64,000 bases of DNA from Planctomycetota bacterium (GTDB lineage: Bacteria; Planctomycetota; Planctomycetia; Pirellulales; Thermoguttaceae). Below the pieces are notes generated by a model, which made no database searches, was not told the DNA's origin, and worked only from the letters and a program-made list of their open reading frames with translations. The number at the start of each line of letters is the position of its first letter. Within the stretch, counting starts at the first letter, position 1. Positions 28,232 to 38,853 of this stretch are shown one piece after another. The translations under genes and the position numbers were made by a program. The DNA lies in assembly GCA_029550925.1 (NCBI GenBank), contig JAKPGL010000016.1, positions 1,734 to 65,733 of the forward strand, in the 5' to 3' direction.

Positions 28232-29026
28232 TCAGGCTACCTTGGGCAAAGAGGCCCTTGCGTCGGCTTCCAGAGAAATCGAAGAGGAGGGATCCGAAGT
28301 GGGCGTGCCGGGGAATCGGTTTCGGCAGGGGGAGTGGGTAACCACCTTTTCTCCGGGTTTTCGGACGCCGGAGAGGGCCCACTGTTCTGCTTCGGCGGTT
28401 TGTTGATTGAGCTGGGTTTCGAGAAGCAGGCGATACCGTTCCAACATGGTACGATCGGCGTTTGGGGGGACGTAGATTTCTTCGCTCAAGATAGCCCGGG
28501 CGCGAGAAAACGGACGGGGGACGGCAAACTGGTCCCAAGCCCGTTGGAACCGCCAGGGCCGATCATAACCGATTCCCACGAGCACCACCGGCATTTCCAA
28601 TCGGGAAGCTAGATAGACCGCCCCTGGGGCTAGATGGCGACGCGGTCCACGGGGACCGTCGGGGGTAATGCCGATGTGGTAGGATCGGCCAATCCGGAGG
28701 AGTCGGCACAGGGCCTCTGCTCCCCCCCGCTGGGTGGAACCGCGAATCGGTTCAAAGCCCATCAGTCGGCCAGCCTCGGCCAATATCTCGGCGTCTCGAT
28801 GCCGACTCAAAAGGATCGCAATATCACAATGGCCCCGAAGATAAAAAGGTAGCAGCAGGTATTCATGCCAAAATAGATAGATACGCCGGGGAAAAGGGCC
28901 GAAAGCGGGATCGACACTGGGATCGGTAATCAGGAGCTTATATTCCAGGCTGCCCATCCACCAGCGGACCCAGCCGGAAGCCAATAGCGCCCCCAGTTTC
29001 ATTAGCCAAGGGTGATCCAGTTTCAC
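28232..29026 (-). CDS. DUF374 / lysophospholipid acyltransferase-like protein
   Basis: 'FWHE', 'SRHRDAE', 'IRGST', 'ITPDGPRGP', 'WDQFAVPRPFS'. Likely GTG start at 29026 after GGAGG. Confidence 0.85.
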   Translation of the reverse strand: MKLDHPWLMKLGALLASGWVRWWMGSLEYKLLITDPSVDPAFGPFPRRIYLFWHEYLLLPFYLRGHCDIAILLSRHRDAEILAEAGRLMGFEPIRGSTQRGGAEALCRLLRIGRSYHIGITPDGPRGPRRHLAPGAVYLASRLEMPVVLVGIGYDRPWRFQRAWDQFAVPRPFSRARAILSEEIYVPPNADRTMLERYRLLLETQLNQQTAEAEQWALSGVRKPGEKVVTHSPCRNRFPGTPTSDPSSSISLEADARASLPKVA

Positions 29027-29195
29027 TCGGTTGCCTCCATGCGACAAGGGGCAGTCAACCTACCCCTCTAATGAAGGGGTATTGGGAAGGATACGATTCC
29101 CCAAAGTCGAAAGGGATAAGCGGCCCATTCTTTCTTTTGTTGTCTATTTTGCCTATTTGATTTATATTGGCTATCTTGCCGCAACGTCTCCTTAT

Positions 29196-30074
29196 TCATT
29201 CTTCGTCGAGTAACCAGTCTTCCCCGGCTTTCCAAATGCCGCTGAAGACTTCAACGGCTGGGCCGGTAAGATACACATGAAGGTCCGTTTCCGACCAGAG
29301 CAGTTCTAGGTTGCCGCCTGGGAGATGGGCCAGTAGTTGTCGGTTGGTTCGGCCCGTAAGAACCCCGGCCACGCAGACGGCGCAAGCGCCGGTACCGCAG
29401 GCCAGAGTTGGGCCGCTACCGCGTTCCCAGACGCCCACTTTAACCTCTTGGGGCGAAAGGACTTGCACAAACTCTACATTGACCCGATTTGGGAACCGAG
29501 GATGGTGTTCGATTTTAGGCCCAAGGCCCAAGACCCACTCGTCGGAGAGTTGATCGACGAAGCACACACAATGGGGATTGCCCATAGAGACGCAGGTTAC
29601 GCGGAGAATGCGATCCTCCACGGGGAGTTCGACATCCACGACGGCCCCCCCATGCTGAGGGTTCCCGGGCAAGGTGGTAGGGATTTGAGCGGGCGTGAGG
29701 ATCGGCTCGCCCATATCGACCCGGACCCGCTCGACTCGATTATTGGAAACGTGCAGTTCCAAACTCAGAATGCCTCGGCCCGTTTCGATCCGAAGGGTGG
29801 GCTTTCGAGCGATTCCGTGATCGTAGAGGTATTTGGCCACGCAACGGACGCCATTGCCGCACATTTCGGCTTCGGAGCCGTCGGCGTTGAAAATGCGCAT
29901 CCGGGCGTCGGCCTTTTCCGATGGGCAGATCAGGATCAGGCCATCCGCGCCGACGCCAAAATGCCGATCCGAGACCAGGCGGGCCAGTTCGGCGGGGTCT
30001 TCCGGGATCGGCTCCTGAAAACAATTGACAAAAATATAATCATTACCTGCCCCGTGCATTTTGGTGAACCGCAT
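29196..30074 (-). CDS. dapF: Diaminopimelate epimerase
   Basis: '[11 protein letters not shown]', 'EMCGNG', 'GNPHCV', 'WERGSG.TLACGTG'. Confidence 0.96.
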   Translation of the reverse strand: MRFTKMHGAGNDYIFVNCFQEPIPEDPAELARLVSDRHFGVGADGLILICPSEKADARMRIFNADGSEAEMCGNGVRCVAKYLYDHGIARKPTLRIETGRGILSLELHVSNNRVERVRVDMGEPILTPAQIPTTLPGNPQHGGAVVDVELPVEDRILRVTCVSMGNPHCVCFVDQLSDEWVLGLGPKIEHHPRFPNRVNVEFVQVLSPQEVKVGVWERGSGPTLACGTGACAVCVAGVLTGRTNRQLLAHLPGGNLELLWSETDLHVYLTGPAVEVFSGIWKAGEDWLLDEE

Positions 30075-30517
30075 GGTAATCTCTCCCCAACAGGTCCCTT
30101 CTTATCCCAAGTAGAGCCAATTGGGAAACCGGAACCTCTCTTATTCTTATTCCTCCGCATCCGCTCGTCCAGCAACCCCGGCGATTCATTATAGATCGCT
30201 CCATTACTGAAAATCAGAGAAAAGGATCGTGAACATCGGATTGGGGGGCCGATGTTTGGTCCTTTTGCTTTCTGCGCGCAGACCGATCCCTCTTGCCACG
30301 AAGTGAATTCTTCGTTCGATGAGCCGGGAGGGCCTTTTCTGAGTCGTTTGGAGTAAGAATTTGTACAATAGAGAACGGGGGGAAGCCATGTTTTTCGGTT
30401 CCCCAGTGCAGAAAGAGAGCGCAAAAGCTCCCCTTGGGGAACGCAAACTCCCCACCGACGGCCTTGCCAACGAAGGCCGACAGATAGGACAGGTTTCGGG
30501 CGGGGCGGGGTTAGAGA

Positions 30518-30820
30518 CTATCCGCGCTCACGTCGTCCGAACCGACCCCCTCCAGACCCACCGCCGTGAGGCTTTCGGGTTTCGGCCTCGTTGACGCGGA
30601 TTCTCCGGCCGTCCAGTTCAGCGCCGTCCATCTCCGCAATAGCTCGGTCTGCATCTTCGGCTTGAGCGAAGGTAACAAAGCCGAAACCACGAGACCGGCC
30701 GGTATCCCGATCCACAATCACCCTGGCTTCGAGGACTTCACCGAACGCCTCGAACGCCCGGCGCAGGCTGTCGTCGTTGGTATTCCAACTTAGACCGCCG
30801 GCAAACAACTTCTTAGACAT
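30518..30820 (-). CDS. RRM RNA-binding protein with Gly-rich tail
   Basis: RNP2-like 'KLFAGGL', RNP1 'RGFGFVTF', 'VNEA'. Confidence 0.93.
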   Translation of the reverse strand: MSKKLFAGGLSWNTNDDSLRRAFEAFGEVLEARVIVDRDTGRSRGFGFVTFAQAEDADRAIAEMDGAELDGRRIRVNEAETRKPHGGGSGGGRFGRRERG

Positions 30821-31018
30821 CGCAACATCTCACTTGAGAAAACCCCGCCGCCATCAAGCGGCAACAAACATACACAAGCACAGGAGAGGTCGAAAGCTGA
30901 GCCCGTCCCGGTGCAGCCGACGGCGCCAATGCCATCGCCTCTAGTAGCATACCATGAATTGGCCTGAATACAAGCCCAGACAACCCGGAATTCTTGCGAT
31001 TCTCCTCCGATCGGCTTC

Positions 31019-32563
31019 CTAGGCGCCTTTTTTACCGTAACGATCCAACACGTCTTGGAGGATGAAATTGGGCGGCAGGCGGGGTTCGCCGATGCGGCCA
31101 AGAACTTTTCTATACCGTTCGATCATTTCGACCAATTCTTCGCCGGTGGTGCGGTCGTCGAGCAATTTCGGATGGGCGTCGAGGACCTTGCGCCAGGCGG
31201 CCATGCCTTTTTCGTAATTTTCTCGGGCCTGGGGCAGATCGAGTTCTTGTTGGTCCGCCTGATAGATATACTGATGGGCCTGGAGCGTGAGGGGGTCTTG
31301 TTCCACCTGGCAACGGAGTCGCCAATACTCGAAGTTGACGATTTGGCGGTAACGGTCGATATAGTCGGCCATTTGCTCGGCCAAGGCGGCCTTGGAGGCA
31401 TGGTCCCGGGCAACAGCACCTTTCGGGCCGGTAATGCGTTGGGCAAGTTCTTGATGGGTGACGGCGAGTTTACGTTGGGCGGCCTTGGCCAGTTCATATT
31501 CTTGCGGGGTGCGCTGGGCGGGCGGAGTTTCCAAGGCGGCGCGTTCTCGTTTGGTCAGGGCGGCCCGCTTTTCTTCCTCCAATTGTTGGCGGAGTCCTGG
31601 GGCCAACGCCTCGATGGCTTTGATGTGGTTTTGGGCCTCCTCCAGGTAATGTTCTTTATCGTTCAGATGGATGAAAAGGGTTTCCCCGGTGCGCGGGTCG
31701 CGAAAAGTGGTTTCGATTTTTAAGTTGCCATACTCTTTCCATTCTGCGTCCGCCCGCCGCCACGCCTCCAGGGCCACTTCGCCGAAACTGCCCTCGCTGA
31801 CAATGGCGTCGGCGTAGTTGATCTGGCATTTGGGGGCGTCGGAATGGAACAGCAACGGACTCTTGCCTTTCATCTTGTGTCCGGCCGCATCCAATCGCTC
31901 CGCCGCCAAAAAACAGCGTTTCCCGCACAGCCAGTTATCACGCGTCGGGTCCCGCAGGTCCACAGGCAACGAATCATGAAAATCGTCGTCTTGGCGAAAC
32001 AGACGGCGGAACTGCGTTTTTTCATCGGCCCGGCCGATCTTGTGTCCCGTAAACCAACCTTCATCCCAGAGCAAGCGGGGTTCGTATTGGTTGTAGTTGA
32101 TCCCTTCCCGAAGATAGTGGATACCTTTGATGACCCAGCGGTATCGGTCTCGGTAATCGTCGAATTCGACCGAGCAATTGTAGGCCACATTCCATGCTTG
32201 GAATTGCCAGACCGAGATAAAACGAGGCTGCAACTTGGCCAATTGCTGCAACGTGGCCGACAGGCCGGTCCAATCTTTCTTCATTTTGCACTCATTGGCC
32301 CGTTCCCACAGCAGCAGGACGGCCACGCCGCGAAGTCCCAGGGTGGCCAACTTGATGGTTTCTCCGGCGGCGTCGATTTCGCCCAAATTCGCTTCGGTCA
32401 GGCCGTAGTCGGCCCGAAACCGGGCCAGTGCGCCGCCCGGCGAAATCTGCCCGCTGGCGTCCCGTGTGGAAGGGGCGCCTAGGCCATACAGTAAAAGGAT
32501 ACATATACATATACCCACACCATAGCCGATCTTCCAATACAACGCCCGTTCTCGATGGGTCAT
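31019..32563 (-). CDS. Membrane-anchored helical/TPR-like hypothetical protein in an ABC operon
   Basis: 514-aa ORF with an N-terminal TM and 'LQPRFISVWQFQAWNVAYN'; directly downstream of the permease, same strand. Confidence 0.75.
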   Translation of the reverse strand: MTHRERALYWKIGYGVGICICILLLYGLGAPSTRDASGQISPGGALARFRADYGLTEANLGEIDAAGETIKLATLGLRGVAVLLLWERANECKMKKDWTGLSATLQQLAKLQPRFISVWQFQAWNVAYNCSVEFDDYRDRYRWVIKGIHYLREGINYNQYEPRLLWDEGWFTGHKIGRADEKTQFRRLFRQDDDFHDSLPVDLRDPTRDNWLCGKRCFLAAERLDAAGHKMKGKSPLLFHSDAPKCQINYADAIVSEGSFGEVALEAWRRADAEWKEYGNLKIETTFRDPRTGETLFIHLNDKEHYLEEAQNHIKAIEALAPGLRQQLEEEKRAALTKRERAALETPPAQRTPQEYELAKAAQRKLAVTHQELAQRITGPKGAVARDHASKAALAEQMADYIDRYRQIVNFEYWRLRCQVEQDPLTLQAHQYIYQADQQELDLPQARENYEKGMAAWRKVLDAHPKLLDDRTTGEELVEMIERYRKVLGRIGEPRLPPNFILQDVLDRYGKKGA

Positions 32564-32682
32564 CCGGGAAACCCTCCACTCGGAGATTGTTTATCGGAAT
32601 GCTTCTTCCTTTTTCTGGACTCGTTACGCCCTGGCGGGCGAGCAGAACCCTCGCCCCGACGTCCAAGACTCTTTTCGCAGGC

Positions 32683-34878
32683 TCACTGGGCCAATTCCTG
32701 GCTTTTCAAAAATCCGTATCCTAACACAAACACAGGCAACAAAAACGCCAATGCATTGGCCGTATTGGCCAACACCATGGCCGCCGGGAAATCAAATCCG
32801 TCGGCTACGAAGCTAGAGCAGTCGAAATCGCCGAATCGAGGAAGCATTTTGGACATGACCCATAGCGGTCCGCTGGCCAGTTGGTCGAGCATTTTGGCCG
32901 CCGTGGTCCGCGGGCTGGGTTCCAGTTCGGAGATGACGTTCTCCTGGGTTACTAGGCGGATCAGGGATTCGACCGGGCCGCCGCCGTAGGTTTTGCCGAC
33001 GGCCAGCCGATACATGAAATCCCCGAAAAATCCGAGGACCAAAACGCCGCCCGTGGCCACCATGGCAACCGGGCCGCTCAAAAAGGTGCTCAGCGCCACT
33101 CCTAGTCCAACAACCAAAAGCACCTGGAGTCCGATGCCCAGATACCCCTTGAAGAAATTGCCGACAAACGAGGCGTCGCCAGCCCGAAGATACAGGTCGG
33201 CCTGCGAGACGCCAAAAAACTGGGCGCGATCTAGGCACTTCAGACCGATCTCCAATCGCCCCCGGTCATCCACAAAATGCTCGAACAAGTCTTTGCCTTT
33301 GATCTGCCGAGGAATCCAGTGGGAGTCGATCTGGAATTCCTTGGCCGAAAACGTAAAAACCTCTACAAAACTCCTAGTGGTCCGGTCCCGGAGGAGGAGA
33401 CTTCCCCGGATGGGTTGTTCAATCTCGCCTTTCCAGCTTCGGAACACGCCCAGGGTCATTTCTACCAGCACCCCTTCCGGAAACCGTTCAGGTCGAATGT
33501 CCTCAAAGGTCCAGATGGCGGCGGCATTGGTGTCGCCTTCGATGTAACTACGGTACTCCCATTCTTCGCCGACATTGATGCCTTTGTCCGTGGGACGGCC
33601 TTGGCGGTCCAAAAATTGCAATTTGCCGTACTGCGGCACGCGGGCGATCAGATTGCCTTCCGGCGGGCCGACTTCCAACGAACCGTCTTCCCTCGGAAAG
33701 ACCCGATGGGTATGCCCCTGTTCCATCGCCAGCCAAAAAGTCCCCGGCGGCGTTTGCCCTTGCGGGGTAGAAGAAGCAGAGTCTGCCGGTTTCCATAGAA
33801 TGGCGTGACGATGGTTGTGGACCATGGTGGTCATCACGCCAAACTCTTTGGTGGGGCCGGTCTGCGCTTGTTTGACGGCTTCGGCGGCCATTTCGGCGGT
33901 GATTTCATGCCGATGGGACAGCCCTCGAATGACAAACACATAACTGATCACTCCCATCACCGCCAACAGGCCCGCAGCGACCAGAAAAAAACCTAAAACC
34001 CGGCCTAGAACAATTTCGCCGGCCCGGACCGGTTTGGTTACCACCGTGTGGATCGTTTTCGTGCGGATGTCCGTCGGCAAGCTGAATGTGCTCAAAAAAA
34101 GCATCAGCGGAAGCATCAGATAGCCGGTCGTGGTGAGCACAAAGTGCAGGTAAAGCCGGGTGGGGTTCACACTGCCCGGGTCCAAATACCAACCGGCAAA
34201 AAGCATCAGAAGCAAAAACAGCACAAACCCAATCACAATCCGTCGGCGCACCGCCTCCTGGATCGCCAGCCGAGCCAACGCCCACACCCGCCGGGGAGAA
34301 AGTCGAAACACATCCTCGGCCAATTCGGTAATCGTCCGATCGACCACTTTCAGCGCCGGCAGAGGACCATGTCGAATGACCGCCGCCAAAAGCCCTACCA
34401 GCACCACACCCCAAGTAACCACCGACACCATCCCTAGCCATTGGTAAAATGTCCCTTCCTGCCAGCCGGGGCCGAACAAGAAATCCCCCGCTCGGAGTAA
34501 GGCTTTGGAGAACGAAACGCCCTCAGCAGAATCGGCCTGAGCAGAATCCTTCGGGGACGAAGCCGACGACTCCGTCGCCTCCTTGGCCGATGAACTGCTT
34601 GCCGATGGGGATAACAGGAATATCCCCATCAGCAGGATGACCAGAAGGGCAACACCCAGGGTTCCATAGCCTACGATTCGGCCCAAGGATCGGCTCTGCC
34701 GAGGGGTCAGGGGCAAACTCCACCGGACCCATCCGGAACCCACCAACACCACCAACGCCAAACCTGCCAGCACCAACACCCCCAGCAGATACAGCAGCCA
34801 AGGGAAAAGTATCCCGTCGTGCCATCCCGGCCCCAACAGCCACCCCCAAAAATCCGCAATATATCGTTCGACGATCAT
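32683..34878 (-). CDS. ABC-2 type permease with a large extracytoplasmic insertion
   Basis: Multiple TMs and 'TIHTVVTKPVRAGEIVLG'; 3 bp from the ATPase gene. Confidence 0.8.
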   Translation of the reverse strand: MIVERYIADFWGWLLGPGWHDGILFPWLLYLLGVLVLAGLALVVLVGSGWVRWSLPLTPRQSRSLGRIVGYGTLGVALLVILLMGIFLLSPSASSSSAKEATESSASSPKDSAQADSAEGVSFSKALLRAGDFLFGPGWQEGTFYQWLGMVSVVTWGVVLVGLLAAVIRHGPLPALKVVDRTITELAEDVFRLSPRRVWALARLAIQEAVRRRIVIGFVLFLLLMLFAGWYLDPGSVNPTRLYLHFVLTTTGYLMLPLMLFLSTFSLPTDIRTKTIHTVVTKPVRAGEIVLGRVLGFFLVAAGLLAVMGVISYVFVIRGLSHRHEITAEMAAEAVKQAQTGPTKEFGVMTTMVHNHRHAILWKPADSASSTPQGQTPPGTFWLAMEQGHTHRVFPREDGSLEVGPPEGNLIARVPQYGKLQFLDRQGRPTDKGINVGEEWEYRSYIEGDTNAAAIWTFEDIRPERFPEGVLVEMTLGVFRSWKGEIEQPIRGSLLLRDRTTRSFVEVFTFSAKEFQIDSHWIPRQIKGKDLFEHFVDDRGRLEIGLKCLDRAQFFGVSQADLYLRAGDASFVGNFFKGYLGIGLQVLLVVGLGVALSTFLSGPVAMVATGGVLVLGFFGDFMYRLAVGKTYGGGPVESLIRLVTQENVISELEPSPRTTAAKMLDQLASGPLWVMSKMLPRFGDFDCSSFVADGFDFPAAMVLANTANALAFLLPVFVLGYGFLKSQELAQ

Positions 34879-34881
34879 GGG

Positions 34882-35895
34882 CTAGTTTTCCCTCTGGATG
34901 TTCGGCTTCTCCCCAGATTGCGACGAAGAGGAACGGGGGCCTGAACCAGTAGAAGAAGGCCCCGTCGCTTGCGAACCGGACGCCGCCGGAATGGTCCGAG
35001 GAGGTTCTGCTTCCAAGACGCCCCGGACCCGTCGGCCCGGATGGGCCTCGCTTTCCCGAATGATCCGCACAAAGAGCTTTTCCAACGTGGTGGTTGGATT
35101 GCCGCAAAAATGCACCTTGCCGCCCAACCGCTCCACCACGGCGCAAACCTCACGCTCGGCCTCAGGACTAAGCCCAGAGCATTGGATTTCGGTCATTTCT
35201 CGAACTTTCAGCAGGTCGCTCACCCGCCCCAATTCCTTCAGCTCCCCCTGGTGCAAAATGCCGACCCGGTCGCAGACATCCTGTACGTCGTCCAACTGAT
35301 GGCTGCACATGAGGATGGTTTTCCCCTGGTCCCGCAGTTTGAGTAGAAGGTCTTTCATCCAGCGGGTTCCCATGGGGTCCAGCCCGGTGGTGGGTTCATC
35401 CAGCAGGAGCAATTCAGGGTCGTTGATCAGGGCCTGCGCCAGTCCGATCCGCCGGGTCATCCCTTTGGAATACTCCCGCAATTGGCGGCGTTTGGCCCAG
35501 CCTAGCTCTACCATCTCGATCAGCTCGGCCGCCCGTTGCCGACGCAGCATCGCCGGCATATTGAAAAGCCGACCATAAAAATCCAACGTTTCCTCGGCCG
35601 TCAGAAATCGGTAGAGGTACGATTCCTCCGGTAAATAGCCGATCCGTTCGTTTTTTGTTACCTCTCGGGCGTCCTGGCCGAACACCAACACCTCGCCGCT
35701 GGTGGGAAAGATCAGGCCCAAGATCAGCTTGATGGTGGTCGTTTTGCCCGAACCGTTCGGGCCTAACAGCCCGAATATCTCGCCCCGGCGAATCTGAAGG
35801 TCCAGGGCCTTCAAAGCCCGCACCTTCTCCCGGCCCCAAAAATCCCGATAGACCTTGGTTAAATTACGGGTTTCGATGACAATGTCTGAGTCCAT
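34882..35895 (-). CDS. ABC transporter ATP-binding protein
   Basis: Walker A 'GPNGSGKTT', signature 'YSKGM', Walker B '[11 protein letters not shown]'. Confidence 0.95.
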   Translation of the reverse strand: MDSDIVIETRNLTKVYRDFWGREKVRALKALDLQIRRGEIFGLLGPNGSGKTTTIKLILGLIFPTSGEVLVFGQDAREVTKNERIGYLPEESYLYRFLTAEETLDFYGRLFNMPAMLRRQRAAELIEMVELGWAKRRQLREYSKGMTRRIGLAQALINDPELLLLDEPTTGLDPMGTRWMKDLLLKLRDQGKTILMCSHQLDDVQDVCDRVGILHQGELKELGRVSDLLKVREMTEIQCSGLSPEAEREVCAVVERLGGKVHFCGNPTTTLEKLFVRIIRESEAHPGRRVRGVLEAEPPRTIPAASGSQATGPSSTGSGPRSSSSQSGEKPNIQREN

Positions 35896-36215
35896 AGTAT
35901 CCCCTTTGGGCCAACCTAGGCTTCAATACAATGGATACGAACCGCTGTGCCAGGTGGTTCATCAAGTACCCCGTTGAAGATTCCTCTGATTCTAATAGGA
36001 GAAAGTCTCCTACAACATGCCCCTCCTGCCAAAAGAAGTCGGAAAAGTTCTTATTGTAAGGGATTGGTATTCCAAGCGAGGAAATCTGTAAAACGCTTCA
36101 GACCATTTCTGTTGGGGTTTTTTCGCCAAAGTACCCCAATGAGCAGGAGAGACACTGCCAACATCCCCTATAATGGGTTGTATTATACTCCGTCATTCAG
36201 GGAGATATACTGCGG

Positions 36216-37655
36216 ATGATCCCTTTCGATCCTTCCATGGCCGAAAGTTTTCCCAAACCGTTCGGCTCTTTCGAAGAGGCGTTGGATTGGCTGGCTAGCC
36301 GGATCGACTACGAACGGACCCGGCTCATGCCGTATGAAGAACGTTGTCTCCATTTGGACCGGATGCGTGGGCTGCTAGCCCTGTTGGGGGGGCCGGAAAG
36401 GAACTTGTGGGTGGTCCACGTAGCAGGGACAAAAGGGAAAGGTTCCACCTCGGCCATGATAGCCGCCATCCTGCAAACCGCCGGTTATACGACCGGACTA
36501 TTTACGTCGCCCCATTTGGAAAAGCTTCAAGAGCGATTCCGTATCAACAGCCAAATGCCCACCGACGAGGAACTCCTCCGACTTTTCAACGTCATTAGGC
36601 CGGCGGTGTGCCAGATGGACGAGCAGGCCGCCGTGCGAACCCCATCGGAAAAAGGCCCCACCTATTTTGAAATCCTGACGGCCTTGGCCCTGCTCCATTT
36701 CGCCCAGCAGAAGGTCCAGGCGGCGGTTTTGGAAGTAGGGCTGGGCGGTCGGCTTGATGCGACCAACGTCTGCCAGCCCTTTGTGTCGGTCATCACCAGC
36801 ATCAGTTTCGATCATACGCAACAGCTCGGCAACACCCTGGAGGCCATCGCCGGGGAAAAGGCCGGCATTATCAAACCGGGCAGGCCGGTCATCAGCGGGG
36901 TCGTTCAGCCGGGACCACGGGAGGTCATCCGACAGGTCTGCCAAACCCGACAGGCCCCTTTGATTGAATTGGACACCCACTTCCGATACCAGTACTATCC
37001 CCCCAAAAATCTCCCAGAGGGGCGTTCCTATGGCCGGATGGACTTTGAGTATGTTGGTCCCGGCGGCCCGTGGCGGTTGGCGGGGGTGGAAATTGGGCTG
37101 CTGGGTCGGCATCAGGCGGCCAACGCTGCCCTGGCCTTGGTTGTCATGGCGATGTTCCGGCAGGCAGGCTGGAAGATTTCCGAGGAGGCTTGTCGGGAGG
37201 CCCTGGCCCGCCTGGATTGGCCCGCCCGATGCCAACTGCTTTGCCGACGCCCGGCTGTCGTGGTGGATACGGCCCACAATGTCGCCTCGGTAGAGGCCCT
37301 GTTGGCCGTGCTGGAGGAATCGTTCGGGCCATGCCGACGGCTGTTGGTCTTTGGTACGACCCAAGATAAAGATGTCTCCGGAATGTTGGCCCGATTGCTT
37401 CCGAAGTTCGACCACGTGGTCCTGACCAATTACTTAGATAGTCCCCGGGCCCTGCCGGTCGAGGAGTTGGCCCGGTTGGCCGCCCAGATCGGAGGCCGGC
37501 CATATCCCACCGCTCCCACGCCGGCCCAAGCATGGGAAATGGTCCGCGCTCTGGCCAAGCCAGAAGACCTGATCTGCATTACCGGCTCGTTTTTTTTGAT
37601 CGGCCAGATGCTGCCCCTGCTCAGGGCCGCTGAAGAGAAAAACGTAACATTTTAG
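36216..37655 (+). CDS. folC: Dihydrofolate/folylpolyglutamate synthase
   Basis: 'HVAGTKGKGST', 'FTSPHL', 'LEVGLGGRLDATN', 'EKAGIIK', 'DTAHN', 'TGSFFL'. The start may be 36237. Confidence 0.94.
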   Translation: MIPFDPSMAESFPKPFGSFEEALDWLASRIDYERTRLMPYEERCLHLDRMRGLLALLGGPERNLWVVHVAGTKGKGSTSAMIAAILQTAGYTTGLFTSPHLEKLQERFRINSQMPTDEELLRLFNVIRPAVCQMDEQAAVRTPSEKGPTYFEILTALALLHFAQQKVQAAVLEVGLGGRLDATNVCQPFVSVITSISFDHTQQLGNTLEAIAGEKAGIIKPGRPVISGVVQPGPREVIRQVCQTRQAPLIELDTHFRYQYYPPKNLPEGRSYGRMDFEYVGPGGPWRLAGVEIGLLGRHQAANAALALVVMAMFRQAGWKISEEACREALARLDWPARCQLLCRRPAVVVDTAHNVASVEALLAVLEESFGPCRRLLVFGTTQDKDVSGMLARLLPKFDHVVLTNYLDSPRALPVEELARLAAQIGGRPYPTAPTPAQAWEMVRALAKPEDLICITGSFFLIGQMLPLLRAAEEKNVTF

Positions 37656-37870
37656 CCGAATGCAGTACCTTCTCACCGCCGCACAAGCGCCCAATCTAGG
37701 CTTCTGGCCGCCTCTACTTGGGAGGAATAACAATATAGCCGCCCCACAGGACCCTGGATGGAGAGCTTGCGCGGCAGTTACAATCTCCGGGGGATTCCCG
37801 TTAGAGCGGCAGTAACAATCCCGGGCAAGTTTCGCCATAAAATAAGCCTCCTTTACATTCGGCTGAAATT
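37644..37870 (-). mobile_element. MITE-like element copy 3 (extra REP unit; overlaps the folC stop)
   Basis: Left TIR gtaacattttagccgaatgcag at 37644; truncated right TIR cattcggctgaaatt. Internal near-duplication at 37771-37791/37806-37825. AAAAAC on both flanks. Confidence 0.85.
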
Positions 37871-38015
37871 CAAAAACTCTCGATGCTTGGCAGAGGACAT
37901 CCGCCGGGGCTTGCCGGAACATTTCCGGAGGGTTATCATTCTTCAATAGACGTGTGTTCCGCATGAAATTCCCCAACTTCGCTGTGGATAGAAGAGGCTG
38001 GTTGTCGTGAGGCAG

Positions 38016-38462
38016 ATGGGTGCGAATCGGATGCTCGGTTGGCTGATGGCCGTCCTGTACGGTACGTTGGCCGTTTGGGGCGTCCAATTGCACCAAATGG
38101 CTGGCATCTCCCACCATATGTCCTTGGGGGCCTTCTCAGGGACGACTTCTTGTTGCCTCTCGGGGGACGCCCCTTGCCAGTCCGTTTTCCTGCAAACTCG
38201 GTTTGGGCAAAGGGCGGAAGATGGCATTGGACCGATCGGCAACGCCCCTCATTGGGAATGGGTTCCCTCGGAAGGGAAGTCTGTTCATGACCCGGCCTGT
38301 TGCTCCATCTGCCAGTATCTAGCCCAGGCGAAACTGGCGGCGTCGCCTCTGAAGGGCTTCTACGGCGGGACGCCCGCAGTTGCCTTCGTCCCGCTCGTGC
38401 CGTGGACAATACCCGCTATTTATTTCTGGACATTCTACGCTCGGGCGCCGCCGACTCTCTAA
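38016..38462 (+). CDS. DUF2946/CruR-like leader protein with CxxC and C-terminal RAPP motif
   Basis: N-terminal hydrophobic helix, His residues, 'HDPACCSICQ', ends 'YARAPPTL*' (RAPP codons 38442-38453). ATG 38016 after GAGG. Confidence 0.75.
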   Translation: MGANRMLGWLMAVLYGTLAVWGVQLHQMAGISHHMSLGAFSGTTSCCLSGDAPCQSVFLQTRFGQRAEDGIGPIGNAPHWEWVPSEGKSVHDPACCSICQYLAQAKLAASPLKGFYGGTPAVAFVPLVPWTIPAIYFWTFYARAPPTL

Positions 38463-38591
38463 ATCTCTCTTGGGCAGCGATAGGAAAAACTTCCGCCGGA
38501 TTGGCGTGGACGCCATCTGCGGAAATCCTCTTTCGATAGCTGCTTCGTTCTTTGGGTCGCGACCATATCTGGTTGCCTCTGTTGTCCGGAT

Positions 38592-38611
38592 AGGGGGCGA
38601 AAGCCTCTTTT
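38592..38611 (+). terminator. Possible terminator/attenuator hairpin between the RAPP leader and the DUF1559 gene
   Basis: agggggc-GAAA-gcctctt followed by a short T run. Confidence 0.35.
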
Positions 38612-38853
38612 CCTACGCCGTTTAGGTTCAGGAAATGGGACGTTTTAGATGAACATAAGATCGCATCTATGTTCCCTTTTCCAGATGCGGCCAATCGTCA
38701 TGCCCACGAAAACGAGAACCCAAAACAGGCCGTCCCTCTGAAATCCTTGGACTTCTGGTTGTCCAAGCCAGAGGGATACCGACGCCAAACAACGGAAATG
38801 CGGCAAGAGAAGAAATTTTTAAGAATGATATTTTATCGAAAAAGGAGATAAAT

